From: Escherichia coli
Lineage (GTDB): Bacteria > Pseudomonadota > Gammaproteobacteria > Enterobacterales > Enterobacteriaceae
DNA length: 64,000 nt
Assembly: GCF_003019035.1 (NCBI RefSeq)
Contig: NZ_CP027447.1
Reading direction: 5' to 3' (one strand)
Of this stretch, positions 57,633-64,000 are shown one piece after another. Each line of letters opens with the position of its first letter. The stretch's first letter is position 1. The notes under the pieces are model-generated. The model had not been told where the DNA came from and made no database searches. It saw nothing but the letters and a program-made list of their open reading frames with translations. Made by a program: the position numbers and the translations under genes.

Positions 57633-58745
57633 ATGGTAAATGTTCGTCAGCCCAGGGATGTCGCACAAATTCTGCTTTCGGTGCTGTTTTTAGCCATCAT
57701 GATTGTGGCATGTCTGTGGATTGTACAACCCTTTATTCTCGGCTTTGCATGGGCTGGTACGGTGGTTATCGCCACCTGGCCGGTATTGTTACGTTTGCAA
57801 AAGATCATGTTTGGTCGCCGCTCTCTCGCCGTTCTGGTGATGACGCTGTTATTAGTGATGGTGTTTATCATCCCTATTGCCTTGCTGGTTAACAGTATCG
57901 TCGACGGCAGCGGTCCGCTAATTAAAGCCATTTCCAGCGGTGACATGACGTTACCCGATCTGGCGTGGCTTAATACCATTCCGGTGATTGGCGCGAAGCT
58001 GTATGCAGGCTGGCACAACTTGCTGGATATGGGGGGTACGGCGATCATGGCGAAAGTCCGTCCTTATATTGGCACCACCACCACCTGGTTCGTTGGGCAG
58101 GCGGCGCATATCGGGCGCTTTATGGTGCATTGTGCGCTGATGCTTCTCTTCAGTGCCCTGCTGTACTGGCGCGGTGAACAGGTGGCACAAGGCATTCGCC
58201 ATTTTGCAACCCGTCTGGCAGGCGTTCGCGGAGATGCCGCCGTACTGCTGGCGGCACAGGCTATCCGCGCGGTGGCGCTGGGTGTGGTGGTGACGGCGTT
58301 AGTACAGGCTGTGCTTGGCGGTATCGGCCTCGCCGTATCCGGCGTGCCTTATGCAACTTTGCTCACGGTGTTAATGATCCTCTCCTGCCTTGTCCAGCTT
58401 GGACCGTTGCCGGTACTGATTCCGGCGATTATCTGGCTCTACTGGACTGGCGATACCACCTGGGGAACGGTATTGTTAGTTTGGAGCGGTGTGGTTGGCA
58501 CGCTGGATAACGTCATCCGCCCAATGTTAATTCGCATGGGTGCCGATTTACCGCTGATCCTGATTCTCTCTGGCGTTATTGGTGGTTTGATTGCTTTCGG
58601 GATGATCGGCCTGTTTATTGGTCCGGTTCTGTTAGCCGTTTCCTGGCGTCTTTTTGCCGCGTGGGTGGAAGAAGTCCCACCGCCGACGGACCAACCGGAA
58701 GAAATTCTCGAAGAACTTGGCGAAATCGAGAAATCGAATAAGTAA
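57633..58745 (+). CDS. ydiK: AI-2E-family membrane protein YdiK
   Basis: 370 aa multi-TM. Confidence 0.92.
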   Translation: MVNVRQPRDVAQILLSVLFLAIMIVACLWIVQPFILGFAWAGTVVIATWPVLLRLQKIMFGRRSLAVLVMTLLLVMVFIIPIALLVNSIVDGSGPLIKAISSGDMTLPDLAWLNTIPVIGAKLYAGWHNLLDMGGTAIMAKVRPYIGTTTTWFVGQAAHIGRFMVHCALMLLFSALLYWRGEQVAQGIRHFATRLAGVRGDAAVLLAAQAIRAVALGVVVTALVQAVLGGIGLAVSGVPYATLLTVLMILSCLVQLGPLPVLIPAIIWLYWTGDTTWGTVLLVWSGVVGTLDNVIRPMLIRMGADLPLILILSGVIGGLIAFGMIGLFIGPVLLAVSWRLFAAWVEEVPPPTDQPEEILEELGEIEKSNK

Positions 58746-58930
58746 TTTCTCATCAGGCGGCTCTGCCGCCTGATTGTTAACCCCTGCTAATTGATATTTG
58801 CTTGCTCTTCCCCATATTTTCCTGCTTACCGCCATTCAGCTGGTAGTACCTGTCGCAAATTCTTTACAGTTTTTAAACTAATGAGACGAATCTGATCGAC
58901 GCAAAAAGTCCGTATGCCTACTATTAGCTC

Positions 58931-59036
58931 ACGGTTATAAATCAACATATTGATTTATAAGCATGGAAATCCCCTGAGTGAAACAACGAATTGCTGTGTG
59001 TAGTCTTTGCCCATCTCCCACGATGGGCTTTTTTTT
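58931..59036 (+). ncRNA. rprA: small regulatory RNA RprA
   Basis: acggttataaatcaacatattgatttataagcatggaaatcccctgagtg...cccatctcccacgatgggcttttttt matches recalled RprA including its terminator. Confidence 0.88.
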
Positions 59037-59173
59037 AACATTTTTCCGCTTCGCTACCTCGCCCCTCACGCTTTCCAATAATGTTGCACAAGATACTGTG
59101 ACTCTCTTCAAGCCGTCAGCAGGCTGATAATGTTATTTATATTTTATTGTTTATTTCATGCAGCCATTACACG

Positions 59174-59530
59174 ATGAACGCTTATGAACTCCAGGCACTT
59201 CGCCATATTTTTGCCATGACTATTGATGAATGCGCGACCTGGATTGCCCAGACCGGTAACAGTGAAAGCTGGCGTCAGTGGGAAAATGGCAAATGCGCCA
59301 TTCCTGATTGTGTAGTCGAGCAACTGTTGGCTATGCGTCAGCAACGAAAAAAACATCTTCATGCCATCATAGAGAAAATAAATAACCGCATCGGCAACAA
59401 CACCATGCGTTTTTTCCCCGACTTAACCGAGTTTCAACAAGTCTACCCTGATGGCAATTTTATTGACTGGAAGATCTATCAATCGGTAGCCGCTGAATTA
59501 TATGCACACGATCTGGAGCGGCTTTGTTAA
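59174..59530 (+). CDS. ydiL: YdiL (DUF1870)
   Basis: 118 aa from MNAYELQALRHIF. Confidence 0.88.
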   Translation: MNAYELQALRHIFAMTIDECATWIAQTGNSESWRQWENGKCAIPDCVVEQLLAMRQQRKKHLHAIIEKINNRIGNNTMRFFPDLTEFQQVYPDGNFIDWKIYQSVAAELYAHDLERLC

Positions 59531-59629
59531 TTTCCCCACAGAAAGGAATTGTCGTTGTTACAACAATAATGAACGGATACTGACACAACATCGCTACACT
59601 TTTTAAAGCACCTTTGCTAAGTAGAACCT

Positions 59630-60844
59630 ATGAAAAATCCCTATTACCCTACCGCACTGGGGTTGTATTTTAATTACCTGGTGCATGGTATGGGCGTCAT
59701 TTTGATGAGCCTGAATATGGCCTCGCTGGAGACGCTTTGGCAGACTAATGCCGCGGGCGTCTCGATAGTTATCTCATCACTGGGCATTGGTCGATTAAGT
59801 GTCTTGCTTTTTGCAGGATTATTATCCGATCGCTTTGGTCGCCGCCCTTTTATCATGCTCGGGATGTGCTGCTATATGGCCTTCTTTTTTGGCATCCTGC
59901 ACACCAATAACATCATTATCGCTTATGTTTTTGGCTTTCTGGCGGGAATGGCAAACAGTTTTCTCGATGCAGGCACCTATCCCAGTTTGATGGAAGCTTT
60001 TCCACGCTCACCGGGTACAGCCAATATTTTAATTAAAGCATTTGTTTCCAGCGGACAATTTTTATTACCGCTAATTATCAGCCTGTTAGTGTGGGCTGAA
60101 CTGTGGTTCGGTTGGTCCTTTATGATTGCCGCAGGCATTATGTTTATTAACGCTCTGTTTTTATACCGTTGTACGTTCCCACCCCATCCGGGTCGTCACT
60201 TACCTGTCATAAAGAAAACCACCAGCTCTACGGAACATCGCTGTTCAATTATCAATTTAGCCAGTTATTCCCTATATGGCTATATCTCAATGGCAACGTT
60301 TTATCTGGTTAGCCAGTGGCTGGCACAATACGGACAGTTTGTCGCTGGAATGTCATACACTATGTCGATCAAACTACTCAGTATCTACACCGTGGGTTCG
60401 CTGCTTTGTGTATTTATTACCGCTCCACTCATTCGTAATACCGTTCGCCCAACAACATTACTGATGCTGTACACCTTTATCTCATTTATCGCCCTGCTCA
60501 CCGTCTGCCTGCATCCCACATTTTATGTGGTGATAATATTTGCTTTCGTCATCGGTTTTACCTCCGCAGGCGGTGTTGTACAAATTGGCCTGACGTTAAT
60601 GGCGGAACGTTTTCCCTACGCTAAAGGAAAAGCAACGGGGATCTATTACAGTGCGGGCAGCATTGCAACATTTACCATTCCGTTGATTACGGCTCATCTT
60701 TCGCAAAGAAGTATTGCCGATATTATGTGGTTCGATACCGCCATCGCTGCCATCGGCTTTATACTGGCACTGTTTATTGGCTTACGCAGTCGCAAAGAAA
60801 CGCGGCATCACTCGCTAAAGGAAAATGTCGCTCCGGGTGGGTAA
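59630..60844 (+). CDS. ydiM: MFS transporter YdiM
   Basis: 404 aa 12-TM. Confidence 0.9.
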   Translation: MKNPYYPTALGLYFNYLVHGMGVILMSLNMASLETLWQTNAAGVSIVISSLGIGRLSVLLFAGLLSDRFGRRPFIMLGMCCYMAFFFGILHTNNIIIAYVFGFLAGMANSFLDAGTYPSLMEAFPRSPGTANILIKAFVSSGQFLLPLIISLLVWAELWFGWSFMIAAGIMFINALFLYRCTFPPHPGRHLPVIKKTTSSTEHRCSIINLASYSLYGYISMATFYLVSQWLAQYGQFVAGMSYTMSIKLLSIYTVGSLLCVFITAPLIRNTVRPTTLLMLYTFISFIALLTVCLHPTFYVVIIFAFVIGFTSAGGVVQIGLTLMAERFPYAKGKATGIYYSAGSIATFTIPLITAHLSQRSIADIMWFDTAIAAIGFILALFIGLRSRKETRHHSLKENVAPGG

Positions 60845-61070
60845 TGCAATATTCTTTTCAGGTCATGCAAGATCTTACGGATAAATAACTCTGTCTGCGC
60901 TAACTAAGGAAAATCGCGATCAAAAACAAACTATGACATGCAATATTCCTGGAAACATAAACTTTATGCCATGTACCCAGGGAAAATCATCTTCAGTATA
61001 GTAATTATGTAAACCGTCGGAGAACAATACGTACGGTAACGAAATTATCTTTCAGCAAGGAGCTGTGAAA

Positions 61071-62336
61071 ATGTCTCAAAATAAGGCTTTCAGCACGCCA
61101 TTTATCCTGGCTGTTCTTTGTATTTACTTCAGCTATTTCCTGCACGGTATTAGTGTTATTACGCTTGCCCAAAATATGACATCTCTGGCAGAAAAGTTTT
61201 CCACTGACAACGCGGGCATTGCCTATTTAATTTCCGGTATCGGTTTGGGGCGATTGATCAGTATTTTATTCTTCGGTGTGATCTCCGATAAGTTTGGTCG
61301 TCGGGCGGTGATATTAATGGCAGTAATAATGTATCTGCTATTCTTCTTTGGTATCCCTGCTTGCCCGAATTTAACTCTCGCCTACTGTCTGGCAGTGTGC
61401 GTAGGTATCGCTAACTCAGCGCTGGATACGGGTGGCTACCCCGCGCTCATGGAATGCTTTCCGAAAGCCTCTGGTTCGGCGGTCATACTGGTTAAAGCGA
61501 TGGTGTCATTCGGGCAAATGTTCTACCCAATGCTGGTGAGCTATATGTTGCTCAATAACATCTGGTACGGCTATGGGCTGATTATTCCGGGTATTCTGTT
61601 TGTACTGATCACACTGATGCTGTTGAAAAGCAAATTCCCCAGCCAGTTGGTGGACGCCAGCGTAGCTAATGAATTACCGCAAATGAACAGCAAACCGTTA
61701 GTCTGGCTGGAAGGTGTTTCATCAGTACTGTTCGGTGTAGCCGCATTCTCGACCTTTTATGTGATTGTGGTGTGGATGCCCAAATATGCGATGGCTTTTG
61801 CTGGTATGTCAGAAGCTGAGGCATTAAAAACCATCTCTTATTACAGTATGGGTTCGCTGGTCTGTGTCTTTATTTTTGCCGCACTGCTGAAAAAAATGGT
61901 CCGGCCCATCTGGGCTAATGTATTTAACTCTGCACTGGCAACAATAACAGCTGCCATTATCTACCTGTACCCTTCTCCATTGGTGTGTAATGCCGGAGCC
62001 TTTGTTATCGGTTTCTCAGCAGCTGGCGGCATTTTACAGCTCGGCGTTTCGGTCATGTCAGAGTTTTTCCCCAAAAGCAAAGCCAAAGTCACCAGTATAT
62101 ATATGATGATGGGTGGACTGGCTAACTTTGTTATTCCGCTGATTACCGGTTATCTGTCGAACATCGGCCTGCAATATATCATTGTTCTCGATTTTACTTT
62201 CGCGCTGCTGGCCCTGATTACCGCAATTATTGTTTTTATCCGCTATTACCGCGTTTTCATTATTCCTGAAAATGATGTGCGGTTTGGCGAACATAAATTT
62301 AGCACCCGGTTAAACACAATTAAGCATAGAGGTTAA
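61071..62336 (+). CDS. ydiN: MFS transporter YdiN
   Basis: Start [11 protein letters not shown]; paralogous to ydiM. Confidence 0.9.
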   Translation: MSQNKAFSTPFILAVLCIYFSYFLHGISVITLAQNMTSLAEKFSTDNAGIAYLISGIGLGRLISILFFGVISDKFGRRAVILMAVIMYLLFFFGIPACPNLTLAYCLAVCVGIANSALDTGGYPALMECFPKASGSAVILVKAMVSFGQMFYPMLVSYMLLNNIWYGYGLIIPGILFVLITLMLLKSKFPSQLVDASVANELPQMNSKPLVWLEGVSSVLFGVAAFSTFYVIVVWMPKYAMAFAGMSEAEALKTISYYSMGSLVCVFIFAALLKKMVRPIWANVFNSALATITAAIIYLYPSPLVCNAGAFVIGFSAAGGILQLGVSVMSEFFPKSKAKVTSIYMMMGGLANFVIPLITGYLSNIGLQYIIVLDFTFALLALITAIIVFIRYYRVFIIPENDVRFGEHKFSTRLNTIKHRG

Positions 62337-62347
62337 AGGAGTTAATT

Positions 62348-63214
62348 ATGGATGTTACCGCAAAATACGAATTGATTGGGTTGATGGCCTATCCCATCCG
62401 CCACAGTTTATCGCCTGAAATGCAGAATAAAGCCTTAGAAAAAGCGGGATTGCCATTTACCTATATGGCCTTTGAAGTGGATAACGATACTTTTCCCGCA
62501 GCAATTGAAGGATTAAAAGCCCTCAAAATGCGTGGAACTGGTGTGTCGATGCCGAACAAACAACTGGCGTGTGAATATGTTGATGAATTAACGCCAGCGG
62601 CCAAACTGGTGGGTGCCATCAACACCATCGTTAATGATGATGGCTATCTGCGTGGCTATAACACCGACGGCACGGGTCATATTCGCGCCATTAAAGAGAG
62701 CGGTTTTGATATCAAAGGCAAAACGATGGTGCTATTAGGGGCCGGTGGTGCCTCAACGGCAATTGGCGCGCAGGGGGCAATTGAAGGTTTAAAAGAAATT
62801 AAACTCTTTAACCGTCGGGATGAGTTCTTCGATAAAGCCCTCGCCTTCGCGCAGCGGGTTAACGAAAACACCGATTGCGTCGTGACAGTCACCGATCTCG
62901 CCGATCAGCAAGCCTTTGCTGAAGCCCTGGCTTCCGCCGACATTTTAACCAATGGCACCAAAGTGGGTATGAAACCCCTTGAGAATGAATCATTGGTTAA
63001 TGATATCAGTCTGTTACATCCGGGACTTCTGGTCACTGAATGCGTGTATAACCCGCATATGACGAAGTTATTGCAGCAGGCGCAACAAGCGGGTTGCAAA
63101 ACGATTGATGGATACGGCATGTTGTTGTGGCAAGGGGCTGAACAGTTCACGTTATGGACTGGCAAAGATTTCCCTCTGGAATATGTTAAACAGGTCATGG
63201 GGTTCGGTGCCTGA
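62348..63214 (+). CDS. ydiB: quinate/shikimate dehydrogenase
   Basis: 288 aa AroE paralog ([10 protein letters not shown] Rossmann motif). Confidence 0.93.
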   Translation: MDVTAKYELIGLMAYPIRHSLSPEMQNKALEKAGLPFTYMAFEVDNDTFPAAIEGLKALKMRGTGVSMPNKQLACEYVDELTPAAKLVGAINTIVNDDGYLRGYNTDGTGHIRAIKESGFDIKGKTMVLLGAGGASTAIGAQGAIEGLKEIKLFNRRDEFFDKALAFAQRVNENTDCVVTVTDLADQQAFAEALASADILTNGTKVGMKPLENESLVNDISLLHPGLLVTECVYNPHMTKLLQQAQQAGCKTIDGYGMLLWQGAEQFTLWTGKDFPLEYVKQVMGFGA

Positions 63215-63244
63215 CAGGCTGACCGCGTGCAGAAAGGGTAAAAA

Positions 63245-64000
63245 ATGAAAACCGTAACTGTAAAAGATCTCGTCATTGGTACGGGCGCACCTAAAATCAT
63301 CGTCTCGCTGATGGCGAAAGATATCGCCAGCGTGAAATCCGAAGCTCTCGCCTATCGTGAAGCGGACTTTGATATTCTGGAATGGCGTGTGGACCACTAT
63401 GCCGACCTCTCCAATGTGGAGTCTGTCATGGCGGCAGCAAAAATTCTCCGTGAAACCATGCCAGAAAAACCGCTGCTGTTTACCTTCCGCAGTGCCAAAG
63501 AAGGCGGCGAGCAGGCGATTTCCACCGAGGCTTATATTGCACTCAATCGTGCAGCCATCGACAGTGGCCTGGTTGATATGATCGATCTGGAGTTATTTAC
63601 CGGCGATGATCAGGTTAAAGAAACCGTCGCCTACGCCCACGCGCATGATGTGAAAGTTGTCATGTCCAACCATGACTTCCATAAAACGCCGGAAGCCGAA
63701 GAAATCATTGCCCGTCTGCGCAAAATGCAGTCCTTCGACGCCGATATTCCTAAGATTGCGCTGATGCCGCAAAGTACCAGCGATGTGCTGACGTTGCTTG
63801 CCGCGACCCTGGAGATGCAGGAGCAGTATGCCGATCGTCCAATCATCACGATGTCGATGGCAAAAACTGGCGTAATTTCTCGTCTGGCTGGTGAAGTATT
63901 TGGGTCGGCGGCAACTTTTGGTGCGGTAAAAAAAGCCTCTGCGCCAGGGCAAATCTCGGTAAATGATTTGCGTACGGTATTAACTATTTTACATCAGGCA
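63245..64000 (+). CDS. aroD: 3-dehydroquinate dehydratase type I (3' end truncated by window)
   Basis: [26 protein letters not shown]...; open to the window end. Confidence 0.93.
   Translation, partial: MKTVTVKDLVIGTGAPKIIVSLMAKDIASVKSEALAYREADFDILEWRVDHYADLSNVESVMAAAKILRETMPEKPLLFTFRSAKEGGEQAISTEAYIALNRAAIDSGLVDMIDLELFTGDDQVKETVAYAHAHDVKVVMSNHDFHKTPEAEEIIARLRKMQSFDADIPKIALMPQSTSDVLTLLAATLEMQEQYADRPIITMSMAKTGVISRLAGEVFGSAATFGAVKKASAPGQISVNDLRTVLTILHQA

Overview
The window has two parts. (1) Positions 1 to about 8150 are the early/middle region of a Mu-like transposable prophage, all on the + strand: a partial upstream ORF, a DDE transposase (A-like), an AAA+ transposition ATPase (B-like), a Gam homolog, a run of small tightly coupled accessory genes (zinc-ribbon protein, MazG-like protein, DUF2786-like protein, two small membrane proteins), GemA-like and Mor-like regulators, an intrinsic terminator, and an orphan 3-TM membrane protein gene. 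No late activator C, lysis, head or tail genes follow; the element runs straight into the slyB promoter region, so it looks truncated or remodelled. The orphan membrane gene and the accessory block between gam and gemA are the best candidates for an undescribed function (superinfection exclusion, abortive infection or anti-defence). (2) Positions ~8300 to 64000 are core E. coli chromosome, in the K-12 slyB-to-aroD order as recalled from memory: slyB, slyA, ydhIJK, sodC, ydhF, ydhL, nemR, nemA, gloA, rnt, lhr, grxD, mepH, sodB, ydhP, ynhF, purR, punR, punC, cfa, ribC, mdtK, ydhQ, valV, valW, ydhRSTUXWVY, fumD, pykF, lpp, ldtE, sufEDSCBA, ydiH, menI, ydiJ, ydiK, rprA, ydiL, ydiM, ydiN, ydiB, aroD (3' end cut by the window). 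I saw no CRISPR array and no rRNA. All calls come from reading the sequence and the supplied ORF translations; no database search was run, and homology statements rest on recalled family features.
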